This document shows, in pieces, positions 38,404 to 52,475 of a stretch of 64,000 nucleotides of DNA (its first letter is position 1; every line of letters starts with the position of its first letter). The notes beneath the pieces are model-generated. The model saw only the letters and a program-made list of their open reading frames with translations. It was not told where the DNA came from and did no database searches. A program made the translations under genes and the position numbers. Origin of the DNA: Camelus dromedarius (lineage: Eukaryota); the NCBI RefSeq assembly GCF_036321535.1, contig NC_087436.1:108936001-109000000 (forward strand), given 5' to 3'.

Positions 38404-41156
38404 CGGCCACTGCCACGAGGTCCTCATGGTTCCTGGACTCAGTTTTTCTCCAACTGAGACTTTGGCTTTTCTTCCTTTTCACACGTTTTCTTCTTGGAAA
38501 CTGAGAAGTCTGCAATCAGGAGAGATCACTCCCTTTGGTAGCTGCTCCATTGTACTGGGCTGGTAGAAGGCCAGAGGAAAGAGGTTTAGTGGAAGGAGAG
38601 TGGGCTGGGAGTGGTTAATGGAGGCTGGAGAGAGGCGAGGATTAACTGGAAATATACCCATGTGGTAGAATTTTTTTTTCCCTGAGGAAATACTTCCTGA
38701 GGTCGAAGTAACAGGGAATTTTCTCCACAGAATGGAGAGCTGCCTTCCTGCTCCCAGGATATTCCCTTAATGAAAATGCAGAGTCTGTGCAGTGATTCTG
38801 TGAAACTTTTCCCATGAAAAGTCCCATTATGTTTGCATGCATATTTATATAAAGTCATAACCCAGGAGAGAAGACTGCTACTGTCCTGTAGGTCTAGACA
38901 CGATGATTGTGTGGGTAATGCTAAAAATCAGTTCTCTGGTCTCACTTGGGGACCATTACTGTGACTTTAAAATTCAAGATATATCACTTTCCCAGCAGCC
39001 TGAGTGTAGACACAAAAGTCTTTGGGTGATTAATGATTACGATCTCTTAAGAGTGAGCTGTGGAGGAGCCAGACAAAATAGAATTAGAATGTTGCATGTT
39101 ACCTAAACTTCCCTCAGGTGGCTCAGAAACTCCCTGCACATTTGTCATTTGTTGTGTCCTCTTAAAAGTCAGTTGAATTTCCAAATATCTGAAAGTTTAG
39201 TGAGAATCTTGACTAAAGTAGGGTTTTTTTTTTTCTTTCTTTTTCCCAAATGATGACTGCCTTTAAGATGATGTTCCATCATTTCCAAGGGTCTTTGTTT
39301 CTCAACAGGAAAATATGGGTACCAATGCTTTTACCATAAGGAGGCTGTAAGAATGAATAAAATTAGATGAATGCCTAGTGAAGGGCCCGGCATCTAGTAG
39401 ACCCTCAATAATAGCAGCTATTGTTATCATTATTACGCGTGATGGACATTAGTTTTGGTCTATCCAGAATCTAGATCCTGTAGTTGAATCCAGTTCCTTT
39501 AATTTTCTTTGGGGTTCCATTCATCCCCCACTCCGAGTTTAAGTGATTCAGAGCATGCCAAGAAGATCATACCTTAGCAAGCAGGAATAATAATAACAAC
39601 TAATTATTTACAAGAGCTTTACCAGGTGCCAGGCATTGTTCTAAGCAGTTTGTATGAATTGTCTCAGTAATTTCCACAGCCACTCCATGAGGGGATGCAC
39701 TGGCGGAGACGAGGAAAGCGCTTTTACCTAGGACCCCAGGACACCCTGGCTAATTCTCCCTCCTGTAATAGTCCTGATGGGAGGCATCCGAGCCGGCTGG
39801 CGTAGCTCTGCTCTATGTGGCCATTCAAAGATTTGCTTCCTTGCATCTGGGCTTCTCAGTCATTCTCAGGGCACTGTTCTCATCTGCGTGGTCAAAGCTG
39901 GCTCTCTGCCATGTTTATGTGTCTAGATGGGAACAAAGAACACGGAGAAGATATGCCTAGGACCTTAATTCCCAGGCCTCAAAGAGGCTCACATTTTCCC
40001 ACTACATTCCACTGGTCAGAACTTAGTCACATGGCATGCCTAGGGAAGCTGGGAAATGCAGTCTAGCTGGGCACAAGTCTCTTTTATGGGTGAAGAAAAA
40101 ATTTTATTCCAATAGGTACCAGGAGGTATATGTATTAGAGGAAATATAGGAGACACAGGTAAACAGTTATTCACTCAGTTTTATGTGGTGGGACAGACTT
40201 AGAGATGAAGCCACCACAGGGCATTCTGTCTGTACTACTCCTACAGAATGAATTCTACCAGACAGTTCCTGTACCACTTGCCTGGAATCTCTGTCTGAGA
40301 TATGGGAATAGATCTACAAAGCTTGTAAAGTTAAAGGTCTTAGAGTGAGCCTCCAGCAGTGAGGGGCAAGAGCAATCGGATAACTGACCCAGTACCCTCT
40401 GTCCCTCCATGGCGCCGTTCCTGAGATGTGGCCCACACAGTCAGAGGGACCCCAGTGTGACTCTCAACTGTCCCAGCAGTAACCTGCTCGTGAATACGTC
40501 CTTTAGTATCTTTCTGTCATTCTTCCCCTCCCTCCCCTCTTTCCTCATATGCTTCATGGGATTACCTCCTTAAATGAGCTGCTTGCATCGAAATCTCTGT
40601 CTCAACTTTTATGTTTGGGCACTGAGATGAATACATTCACACAGTTTGCAAATGGTGGAACCAGGATTTGAACTTGGCTGGCTTTATCCAGACCTGCCCT
40701 CTTAGCCATGTCTCAAAACTTTCCCCAAGTCCTGAGCAGGAGACCTGCTTCTCCCTCATCGTTTTATCTGCTGATAGTGGGTACAATGCCTGATGCACAG
40801 GTAGGGAAAGGAAAACAGGTGGTTCGGTCTGGAATGTGAGCTTTCTGTGTGACAGGCACGGTGCTGGTCACTTTACCTACCTTACTTCATTTAATTCTAC
40901 CCTGTACCTGTGGGCTGTCAACTCACTTAATCATCTTTGGATCTCCCGAACCCAGTGTAGTGCTGGTCATAAAGTATGTGCTCAGCAACTGAGTACTGAA
41001 TGACTAAACTGAATGGATTAATCAATGGTTCCTATGAAGTTGGTGCTATCATTACCTCAGTTGTTTTCAGATGAAGAAACTTACACTTACAGAAATCAAC
41101 AGCATTTCAAGATATGCTTTTCCCATATTTTATATCTGATAATTCAAATACATGAA

Positions 41157-41930
41157 TGCTATGAACACTAGGGTGCATGCGTCTTTTCGAATTAGAGGTT
41201 CCCTCCAGATATCCGCCCAGCAGTGGGATTGCTGGATCACATGGTAAGTCTGTTTTTAGCTTTTTAAGGAATCTCTGTACTGTTTTCCATAACAGCTGCA
41301 TCAAACTAAGACACCTGCACCCCAATGTTCACAGCAGCACTATTTACAACAGCCAAGACAAGGAAGCAACCTAAATGCCCATTGACAGATGACTGGATAA
41401 AGAAGATGTGGTATATATATATATATGTATGTGTGTATTCATATATGTGTGTGTATATATACATAATGGAATACTACTCAGAAATGAAAAAGAGTAAAAT
41501 AATGCCATTTGCCACAACATGAATGGATCTGGAGATTGTCATCTTAAGTGAAGTAAGCCAGAAAGAGAAAGAAGAATAAGTATGATATCACTTATATGTG
41601 GAATCTAAAAAAAAGACATAAATAAACTTATTTAGAAAACAGAAACAGACTCACAGAGAAAACAAACTTATGGTTACTGGGGGGAAAGGGGGTGGGAAGG
41701 GATAAATTGGGAGTTCGAGATTTGCAGATACTAACTACTATATATAAAATAGATGAACAACATGTTTCTACTGTAGAGCACAGGGAACTATACTCAATAT
41801 CTTGTAGTAACCTGTAATGAAAAAGACTGTGAAAAGGAATATATATGTATATGTATGATTGAGACATTATACTGTACACCAGAAATTGACACAACATTGT
41901 AAACTGATTATAAATAAGAAAGGAAAAAAG
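41157..41930 (+). mobile_element. 5'-inverted L1 insertion (inverted 41157-41307, forward 41308-~41930)
   Basis: Minus-strand L1 ORF2-end segment (frame WKTVQRFLKKLKTDLPCDPAIPLLG) abuts a plus-strand L1 segment (MFTAALFTTAKTRKQPKCP..DWIKKMWYI) running to the 3' UTR and A tail. Confidence 0.85.
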
Positions 41931-43004
41931 TAAATTGTGGAAATGAATGCTAAATGGATTTAATTCTCCTGATTAACCCCATTTAGGGCGGCTTACTTCC
42001 TCTCGTGTTTTATATTCTATCATTCTGGCTTTTCAGAGAATGTTTAAGTTGTTGGTATTCATCTTACAAAGAGTAATTATGTTTCTTTCTGCCAGGTCCC
42101 CCAAAAGCTAGCAAGTTAAGACCTCTTTAAATTAATTTATTTAGAGGTAATGCAAATTTAAAACTCAGCCCTCCTGAAGGCAGGCCTATGGTTACAGATT
42201 CTCCCAGATTCCTCTTTTGTTTTGGCCCTTGGTGATTTCTCTACTTTCTTACAACTCAGCTATAAATTTTTTTAAAATTTAAAAAATCATAGCTAGGTAT
42301 TTTGTGGGAAAAGGGATGTAACAGATATATTTTCTGATATATTGTTGGAAACATAACTGAATTAAACTCCACCTTCAAGCTATCAATTTTTCACTCTTTT
42401 ATAAGGATACTGAGTGCTGTCAGCAACTTCAGACTGCATTTCCAGACCCCAACTTGGCCTCAGGGACCAGGCATACGGTTAAGAGCTTGGGATGGGATGA
42501 AGTCAATAGAAATATCACAGCCCTCTTGTCAGTCACTTTTATTTTGTAAATGTGGCCACCAATTAGCTCTAGAAGCCCAGCCTGGGGTATGCCCAGCTGT
42601 CTTCACATTTGGCATCCCCATGTGGACAGCCTTTCTGGCAGCCCTGCAGAGGGCATCTGTCTTCTCTAAGCTTCAACTTCAACCTCAGCTGCCTGTGACC
42701 TTTTCTTTTTCTCAGTGCCAAAATAGAACAATGACTTCTATCCTCGTTTCTCCGTTATTTCTGCCAGACTAAATGCCACCTCTTCCAGGAAGCCTCTTTC
42801 AACTCTCTTTGATCCCGTTGACTGTTACCACTCCTTTCTCTCTGTCACTGCTAATTATTTTCCTTACACCTATGAAGGAAACAGAATGTGTCAGCCCTTT
42901 TGACATACACCGTTTTGACATAAAAATTATTTTGAGCTGAAGGCAACTGAGAAAGAGCAAACCCATGAAAATCAAAATTGTATGAAATATAAAATTTTGT
43001 TCAC

Positions 43005-43155
43005 CAAGTTTTATTGGAATATAGCCACTCATTCATTTATGTAGTATCTGTGGCTATCATTACAGACTACATAATAATGACAGAATTCAGTACATGCAAA
43101 AGAAATCTTATGGCACAAAGCTAGAGTGATTTACTCTCTTGCTATCTGCAGGGAA
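43005..43155. mobile_element. MER58-like hAT fragment
   Basis: aagttttattggaatatagccactcattcatttatgtagtatctgtggct. Confidence 0.55.
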
Positions 43156-44443
43156 AAAAAAAAAAAAAAACGTAGACCGGCCATCTACCACATTGATTGT
43201 TTTGAACAAATTAGCCACCTTGGACTCCAAGGGCAGGTAAGGTCTGGGCTAGGAGGAGAGAGGAGGAAGAAATCTGTTATAATATTGTGATAAATAAACG
43301 TCACCCTTTGGAAGCCCTGTAGTTGGTGGTACTAATGGAGCTTTCTCTAGAGGAACGGGAAATCCTGCACTAAGACCTGGGTCTGACTCTCCCTGTTCCT
43401 CAGGAAGGTTGGTTTTATTCCGTGACAATCTCTAGATCATTCCAGAGTAGAAGGAAGAACGGGTGACTTCATCACAGAATACTAGTCGCCAAGGGGAGGA
43501 AACTGGGCTCTACTGAGTGGAGGGAAAAGAAAGGGTGGGATTATTGAAGAGAGAGGAAGAGGAAGGGCAAGACTGAACGGGGAGCAGAGTGGGGACGGAG
43601 AGGAAGTGAAAGTCTCCGATAACCTCTCTTAAAATGTGAATACTCAGAGAGTGCTTACACTTTGAGTTAATATCCAATCTCTCTTTTAAAAAATATTCAA
43701 TGACTTCCTATCTGACTTCGAATAACATTTCAAATTTGGCCCCTTACAAAGCCCTTCATGATCAGCAGGCTGGCCCGGGTGGCCCTCAGCAATCCCACCT
43801 GGCACCACTTCCCTTCTGCCTGTGTCTTAGTCTCAACCACCCTTTCGGTCTCTCAGGTACACTCTTCTCACCCCAGGCTCTGCAGCTCGAGTCTCCTTCT
43901 TCCCGGGATGCGCATCGTCCTCTGTCAGGACCCAGCTCGATCACCGCCTCCACACTGAAGCCTTTTCTGACCACCTTGCATAAAACAGGCTCCCTTCTGT
44001 AACTATTTTCCATTTCACAAGGCCTCACTGAACATCTGATAATTTTCAAGAAAGTAATTCTTTGTTCGTTTATTTGATTTTTTTGGCTTCCCTACTAGAA
44101 TGGATGCTCCATAAGGGTAGAGGCCACATCTCTTTCAGTATTTTATACCCAGCACTTAGCACAATTTATTAAGCAACTATGTATTGGGAGTTCCTCTAAT
44201 CTTTGTGGATGCAGTAATACATAGATATTGAGTAGCGCAGTCTCCTAGGAAGACTAGTATTTGTTTAGTTAAGAATAAGGAAAGGACTTGGATTAAGCAG
44301 CAATGTTCTGGAATTACATGTATATACGTTCTGGGAAGATACTAGATGCAGGTTTCTTTACTTCAGAGTTTGATTCAGAATTAGTCACTAACCAGTGCTT
44401 CCATTGGCGTTTTCCATGCAAATGGCTAACTCTTAGACACGGT

Positions 44444-44890
44444 TTCTGGGAGGCAGGCTCCAAGATGGCCCCAGTGACCCTCACCTCTAGTGTTCATGTC
44501 CTTATGTAATCTCTTCATAGATTCAATAAAAGCTGAACCCTGTTCTGAATACTATAGGAGTGAGAGTGTGTGCCATTCAAGGTTAGGTCTTAAAAGGCAG
44601 CTTGCACTGTGATGTCTTGGACTGGTTACTCCGGGGGGAGCCAGGCACCATGCAAGGAAGACATTCAAGCAGCTCTGTGAAAGGTCCTAATGGAGAAAAC
44701 GGAGGCTTCTGGCCCTCAGCTGGCCCCAGTCAAGCCTTCAGGTGATGGCAGCCCCAGCCCACAAGGAGGAACTGTCTAGCCCTTCCCCAAATCTTGTCCA
44801 ATAGAAACTGTGAGAGTTTGAAAATGATTATTAATTTTTTAAGTTACTAAGTTCCAGGATGATCTGTTATACAGCAACTGATAACCACAG
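44444..44890 (+). mobile_element. MLT1F/G-like LTR
   Basis: ggaggcaggctccaagatggccccagtgaccctcacctc...ccagtcaagccttcaggtgatggcagcccc...tgttatacagcaactgataac. Confidence 0.65.
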
Positions 44891-46668
44891 CACCATTTCT
44901 TCTTCTGACTCTCTGGTTGGCCAGAGTGATAAGCACACAGCATCTTCTTCATGTCATGCTCTACTTGGGGCCAAAACAATCTACTGCCGGCTGCACCAGG
45001 CCAGAGAGAACCTGGCTGCCACCTAGATCTTGGATTTGCCAGCCTCTAGAAATAAATTTCTGTTCCTTAAGCCATCCAGTTTTTGGTATCTTGTTAGAGC
45101 AGCCTGAGCTGACTGAGACACCAGATAGTTCTTCACTTGCTCCTGGAAGAGTGAAACTGAGTCATAAGGGGCCTTTGGGTTGCTAAGGTCAGGTCCTTTG
45201 GGGGAGATGACACTCTATTCTCCACTGAAGCAGTAGAAATCTTTTTTTTTTTTTTTTTTTTTTTATGTTTTAGAGGCTAAATGAGGAAACTGCAGGAACT
45301 TGAAGGACCATGGGAGGGAATGCATTAGGGTTCTGAGTCTGTAAGACAGCAGCCTGGACCCCTTGTTGAGGGGTAAGTGTGAGACCTGTGGCCAAGGTAA
45401 AGGACAGACAAGAAGGAACCTTCTGCCGGTTTCTAGAGGACCGCCTACGTTGGGGGTCAGGCGGTGACGACTGGCTCACTCAGGCAGGCAGCCACTCTGC
45501 CACTGCATCTCAGTTTAGCCCCATTCCCTCCCTGAGTTCCCTAAGGTAGAAGCTCGCCACTTTCTATACCTCTCCGGGCTCATCTCACTGCCGCATGCCA
45601 GCTCCCTGTTTGCTACTTGACTTGGAGACTGGAGGATTTCAGGCTGCACTCCCCGGGAAGCTGACGGCACAGGCATAAGGTTTCTAAGGTTTCTGAGGGA
45701 GTGCTCTTGGAATTACCACCCGTAGAAAGGAAGGCGAGGAAGCAGGCTTGGGCAGAGGGAGGAGTTGCATCATGATGCAGACTTAAAGAAGGTTCTGGCC
45801 AATCCCATGAGGAGGTCTGAAGCTGGGGTGGCCCTTCATCAAGGCCCCAGACTGAAGAGAGGGAATCCGGCATTTATCTGTCAGTATCATCTAGTCATTG
45901 CATGTAGACCACCCTGGAACGAGTGTGTGACCCCGGAAAAGAGCTTTCTCTTAAGCCAGGCAAATCCAAAGTGGTCTGATGGGTAAGGGCTGCCCACTGG
46001 CTGAGGGCCCAGCATCCGGCAGAGTAAGTCCTTTGTTTCTGAACTGTCCCTGGCAGAAGTGTCACGGTGTCCACATGAGAGTCACCAGGTCATGCTAATA
46101 GACCTTGAGGACAAGGGTTGGACGCACACTCCCATTACTGGAATGTGAATGGAAGCACTAAAGCTGAGGTGAAGAAAAGGAATCTGGAAGAGTACACCCC
46201 TTGATATTCTTAGGACAAGGATGTCTTTCCAGCTGTGGTGGTTTTGTTAACAATGGTCCCACTGGGCAGGTTCCATATTGTACTGCGACAGCCATAACTG
46301 AAATTGGGAGATTCTGCTTTTAAAAAGAATAGGATTCAGGTTGAAAAAAAAATGGGAGCACACAGATCTTCAACTATCATTCTTTTAGATTTGGATCTCT
46401 GACAATTCCTTGAGTAGCTTAAATTTTACCTTTTTTTCCTGCATGAAGGAAGGTTAGATTTCTGGAATCCCATTTGTCTCCCTCAGCTGGTGAGCTCACA
46501 TGTCGTCTGGCCTCTGAGTTGGGTGCTCCAAGATGTCTGCAAGTGTAGGTTCTTTAGCTGGGGCTCAATGCTCAGATGACGAGATATCACGGGATTTCCC
46601 CTAATTAATTCTGACTTTGAAGTCAGTGAGTTTGTGAGTGGAATTTTGTTCTGGGAAACCACATGGGG

Positions 46669-46797
46669 GTGTGTGTGTTTATGTCTGTGTGTGTGTGTGT
46701 GTGTGTATGTATGTCTGTGTGTGTGTGTGTATATGTCTGTGTGTGTGTGTGTGTGTGTGTCTGTGTGTGTGTGTGTGTATGTCTGTGTGTGTGTGTG
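46669..46797. repeat. Compound (TG)n microsatellite with periodic TATGTC/TC interruptions
   Basis: About 130 bp of TG repeats broken by recurring tatgtctg units. Confidence 0.95.
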
Positions 46798-48954
46798 GAC
46801 CTGCATATCAGGGCTGAGAGGAGCCACTCTAGGTCCCACCAAGCTGCACTGCTTGGGTCTCCTCCTGCCGGCACGCTTGGCCCTTGCGTGTGCCGGGCCG
46901 CGATGACAGCTGTGCTGTGATGTGGGTCACTACATTCGTGCTCTTCATTCTCAGACCACCTGTCCTATTTGGTACAGTCCTGTGTTAATGTTCCAAAATA
47001 TGGAAGCATTTAGAAAAAAGGAAATTTGAGGTTAAATGAGGAGAGAAAGATACAGGGGTTTCCACTTCATTCTCTGAGCTGTGAGACCACCACACTTTTT
47101 TTTTTCTGTCAAATGATGAGATGTATTTCCTAATCAAACAGAGTATGGTGCCTGTCATTCAGAAATGTGTTCCTTCTCATTTCACAGCTCCAGAGAGGCG
47201 CTGACAGGCATCAGAAGAGAAGAACTGTAGCGAACATAGGAATAATAGGAATGAAAAAAAAAATCAATGTGGAGATGTAATTGAAAGTAAGAACCGGTGG
47301 TGGAGGTAACTGAATGGGAATATTGTGAGCAGAAACCAAGCGGGTCAAGTAACCGCAAGATCAGGTAATTCACAGACGTGCATCCTGCTCCTTGCTGCCA
47401 CAACGTGGGCCTTTGAAACCATGGACAGGGATGTTATCAGACATGCTTATACAAAGAGGAGTTTCTGCCTAGTTCTTTCCCCCTTACAGAGAATGCCTTG
47501 AGACCTGGAATGAGTCCAAGGCTGCGTCTGCAGCTGATATCACCGGACCAGGGCATGTTCGATCCTGTCCTTGTGACTATCTTAGCAACAGAATTCAATT
47601 GCTCTCGGTTGGCCCCACTCAATCAGGGCACACCTGACCTGACCAGAAGGACGACCAGAAATACTTAAGCAGCCACGCAAACAGGACTTTTCAGTTCCTG
47701 AAAGAAAATTCCTGTTAAAAAGTGTCTCATTAATTTTTCTGTACCAAATGAGAGGTATAAAGATTTTAATGTGTTTTTATTGGGGAAGTGAGTGCTATTC
47801 ATGGGCATTCAAAAGAAACACAATAACTCCCCTTGAGAAATACTCATTCCTCCAGCATTACCTCATGAGGACAGTCACAGACTGCATCAATTCCAGTGAA
47901 ATCAATACCGTATTACGGTTGGAGTCAGGAGATCTGGGCTGTGTGACCTTGGGCAAGTCACTTAATCTCTCTGCCACAATCTATGTGAACAAACTGAAAA
48001 TAAATCTAGCCATTTCAAGAAGGGAAAGTAAGATTAATGAGAGCAAGTATTTTAGATGATTGTCTCTGTGGCTGTTTCTCCCACTCTCTCATTTTGTGTC
48101 TGTGTTTCAATATTTGATTTTCTTTAGCATCCAAATTCAGCCACCCACCTATTGACACAAAGACAAAGGTAGTTCCAAATGCAAGATGGCAATGCCGCCC
48201 CTGGGCTGAATCTTGTGTTCTTTGGATGCAGTTGGCACTTGCAAGTGTCCTCTGTTTCCCCTTTGTGGGAGGAAGAGGCAACTGAAAAGTGCATTTGGAA
48301 CAGAACTGTTGTGTATACATTATTCTCCCCACTCTGGGCCATTCTGTGGCTTCTTGTTCTCAGGAACCCTGTTTCTTTAACCCCACTGTAACTGGGCCCC
48401 AATTTTTACCTTCCACTGTTCAATCAGCTCATGTAGTTGATGACCTGGTGTGCCCTTGGACCTCAGTATTACCTTGGGTATATACCCCAAGTGTTTGCCC
48501 CACACTTTCACAAACTGTGACAGCTGGGAATGAACCGAATAGTTGCTGACTCATTCAGCGGCAGCCCCATGACCTCACCTACTCTTCCACTTGCCATCCT
48601 GACTCCCCTCTTCTTTTGCTAACAGATTTATTAAGAGGGGAGTCTATTACTCATGATTACTCGTAACTTCCATTCCTCGCCATGGCTATCCAGCTTCTGT
48701 GTCATCACTCTATTAAAACTGCTCCTTCTTCATCTCCATTCTGGGACCATTTCCTTCTAGAAACTTGAGCATTATCTAAAGTTGGGTCTTATGCTTCTGG
48801 TCAAGTCCATTCTATAGTGAATCTAAATAAGCTCATCCATCTTCTTGGCTTCAACTACCACTTCTATGTGGATGATTCTTATACCTATGGTTTCAGGCAT
48901 CCCAGCCTATAATTTGTTTTAGAATATCCTTTCCTACAATTTGTCAACTTAACA

Positions 48955-49200
48955 GTAAGGGGGTGGTGGTAGAGGGATAAACTGGGAGTTTGGGATTTGT
49001 AGATACAAACTACTATATATAAAATAGATAAACAACAAGGTTCTACTGTATAGCACAGGGAACTCTATTCAATGTCTTGTAATAACCTATAATGAAAAAG
49101 AATATGAAAAGGAATATATACATATATGTGTAACTGAAACATTATGCTGCACACCAGGAATTAACACAATATTGTATACTGACTATACTTCACTAAAAAA
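48955..49200 (+). mobile_element. L1 3' end fragment
   Basis: gggataaactgggagtttgggatttgtagatac...actgactatacttcactaaaaaa. Confidence 0.8.
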
Positions 49201-52200
49201 GAATTTTTAAAAAAGAGCATATATTTAAAGCTTGAGGAGTTCACTTTGTGAGGAATCTGGAATACCACACTAAATTGGATTTTATCCCACAGAAGGAGTT
49301 GATTAAAGACATTTAATTAAAGATACTGAAAGATATAAAAGACATGATCTAGAAAAACGTACTGTTTTCATTCAGTGGAGTGAAAGATGGGTTGAGAGCA
49401 GAAGGCTGGGGCTTCTCAGGTCAGCGACTCTGACCCTCAGGCTGTTTCCAGCCCTAGGCAGTCAACATGCTGCATTTGAAACCCACATTTCAACTTTCAT
49501 GCTTTAGAAACAGCAGAGACAAACAGGAGCTAAACTTGATTTCCCCTTCATCCTTGCCAAACATACCCAAGGTCGTCATGAATTATTAATTATTCCACTG
49601 TAAAAATGCAGTCTGTACAGTCTCTTCTAATTCATTTTCCATTTTTCCCCTTTTTCATGCCTCGCTTTTAACTTTTTTTATATACTTACAAAACAGCCAC
49701 CTGCTCAATAGATTTTACATTCTGCTACTCATCTAAAGTTCCCATATTTCTGGTCTCGACAAACCATTCTTTTACTCAATCTTAATAAACTTTAATTCCA
49801 AGAAGAATTCTGAAGGTCTTAGCCTTCATCCCTCACCCCCAAATATAGCCTGTGTGTTTCCACTGCCATGCTTTTGTTCAAACCATTTTATTTGCTTAAC
49901 AGTGAGTCCATATAATGCATCTGATCTCCAGTTTTCTGAATTGATAAAGTACTTCCCTCTTCCCATGATTCTAAGCAAGCATCTCTACCATGGCTCTTCC
50001 AGGCTCAATTCATATCCACAGTGGTTTGTTTATAGAGACTACATCTCTCAAGAGTCAGTTTAACATTACCGGTCTTCTTTAGCATTTCTTGCACTGTTTC
50101 ACTGCCTTTAATGAAAACTGGAGCATCCTAGCAGATGAAGAACGTTACCTCATTGTCTGGAAAAACAGCCCTCTGACATCCTCACAGGTGGCCCCCTAAT
50201 GCACAAATATTTTTTTTCCTGGTTTACCAGTTGACTCCTTTCCTGAATCTCTGGCCTTGGTGTCCAGAGTGAGGAATGCTCACGAGTGTCAAACCATGGG
50301 GTGGCCAGCAGTTGTTTCTTTTAATCCTGCCTCATCAGCTTTTGAGTTCATTAAACTTCCTTTGAGATTCCAGAAATATTACTCTTAGTTTTCAGTGATA
50401 TTGTAAGTGTTCATATATTCTGGGTCTTCAGAGGTATTTCGTTTGGAACTGCATTAAACACAATGAACTGGTTGCTATTTTAAAACAGAAATCCATTTTT
50501 GTTGGCATTTTAAAAGCTTACTGTAAACAGATGCTCAAAAGAAAAAAATAGACTAGATGAAGTGAGTTAATAGAGAGAAAATGGTCACTGCCGTATCACA
50601 CATGTGAAATAAATATATCCCTCACTCTGGCTGCAGGAACTCGTTTGTTTCCTTCACCATATAAGAGCTTTCCCCCCTCCTCAGACCTCTAAACAGGCTG
50701 TTCTCTCTGCATGGACCTCCCCAGCCTTGACCCTCACATTTATTTCCATCTGTCTCCATCTAGAACCTACTTTATCTTTCATGACTTGGCTCGAGTGTCA
50801 CTTCCTCACAGAGGCATGCCCTAACCTCCCAATATGTATTTGATCGGATCCTTCTGCTTCACTTTGTTCTAGTACCACATAACTTCCTTCAGGGAGCTTA
50901 TCACAATGTGAAATTATATGTCTATTTTAGTCATTTGTATAATACTATTACCCATTTTAACCTCAACTCCAAATGCACACAGTGTATACTCTAAAATGGC
51001 AGAAGTGATGTCTGTTGCATTTAAACCTACATATCAAAAGTTTAGCATAACTTCCTGCACATAATGGGAGACAGGAAATAAAAATCTGCTAAGTCACTTG
51101 AGTACACAAGAGTGGATTAAGAATGAAAATAGCTTATGTATTTTATATCGCTTTATATACTTTATCTAAAGCTTTATCTAAAGCTTCATATACTTTTATA
51201 GCTTATATACTTTTACAAACATTACTTTTGAAATAATGGTCACTATATGAAGCAGATGACACCATAACACTCAAGATCTTTAAGTCCTGAATCGATTCCC
51301 ACAGTCTTTTAATCATTTCTCCAGGAAGAATTGCTGCTGACAAAGCAAGTCATCCAAAAAGAAAACGCTCAGAGCAATTCTAAAACCAGGGTTAGTCTAT
51401 TATTGCTTAGAAATAATTTCAGGAAATCTGTGGTGAAAACAAATTGCGAAGATTGAGATAGTTATTATTCAATGAACACATCTTAAATCGAACACATGTC
51501 AAATCTCCGCGGCATTTCCTGTAGGTACCTCATCACTGGCGTGAAAACTTAAATATATTAAGGATGTTTAATGACCTTATCTTTTCAGATTACAAATGTA
51601 CATTATCCTATGTAGCATCCTTGATTCTGAAATATGCAAAATATTTTTTTTTAACATGTTGAATTCTGTTGGAAATGCTCCAGTCTTCCATCAAAGAAAT
51701 CCTATGGTCAAGGCTTTATAAGTAAACAGCCTTTTAGAACATGAATAACTGTCCTTAATTTGTCTCATTTACTAGTAATTATTTGATTATTGAATTTTTT
51801 CAAAGAAGGGCTCTTGCAGAAAGTAGTCCCATCACAAGGTGAGTAATCCCCTAAGAAACTTGCTAAATCAGCCCAAATTCCAGGCAAACATAATTCTATT
51901 TTGTGCCTTTATAAGCAGGAAGGAGAAAGAATAACATTCTGCAAACTACTAATATTTCCTTAAAAAACGAAGGCAAAATAAAGTCTCTAATGTAGATTAC
52001 TTACGTTGACATGACCAGCACAGACAATAGCTGTGCTGTGGAAATAAGGCTGCAAGGCTTGAAGGCCCCTTAGAAGAGGGAGATAATTACCAGGCCGCTG
52101 CCTTTATCTCTGAACAGGGACCATGTGGTGTGCAGGGCCTGAGCTGGAGCGTCTAAGCTGGAGCGTCTGAGCTGTTGACGCCTGTGTAAGACAGGGAGCA

Positions 52201-52451
52201 GAGTACTCCCATAGGTTTGTAGTGGGAAACGAACAAGGTATTTCATATGAAGCCCTTGGCACAGTGCCCACCGTATAATGAGCCCTCAAAAAACAGTGAC
52301 TATTAAGATAACACATGCCCGTGAAGAAAAGAAGAACCAGTGGGAATAAATAAATTTTTTACAATGACCATACACTATTTATATAATTAAAACATAGACA
52401 TTTTAAACAGGAGTGAATAAATTATTGGGCATCTGTGTCTGTGAAAGAGGC

Positions 52452-52475
52452 TGTGTGTGTGTGTGTGTGTGTGTG
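52452..52475. repeat. (TG)n microsatellite
   Basis: Perfect TG run. Confidence 0.9.

Noticed and set aside
46483..46920. His/Thr- and Cys/Val-rich ORFs
   Set aside because: Translations of the (TG)n microsatellite.
51140..51215. Short degenerate repeat array (gctttatctaaa / tatacttt units)
   Set aside because: Low-complexity AT-rich slippage, not a repeat-spacer array.
52142..52174. 14-bp tandem repeat agctggagcgtct(a/g)
   Set aside because: Only ~2.4 copies, a simple local duplication.
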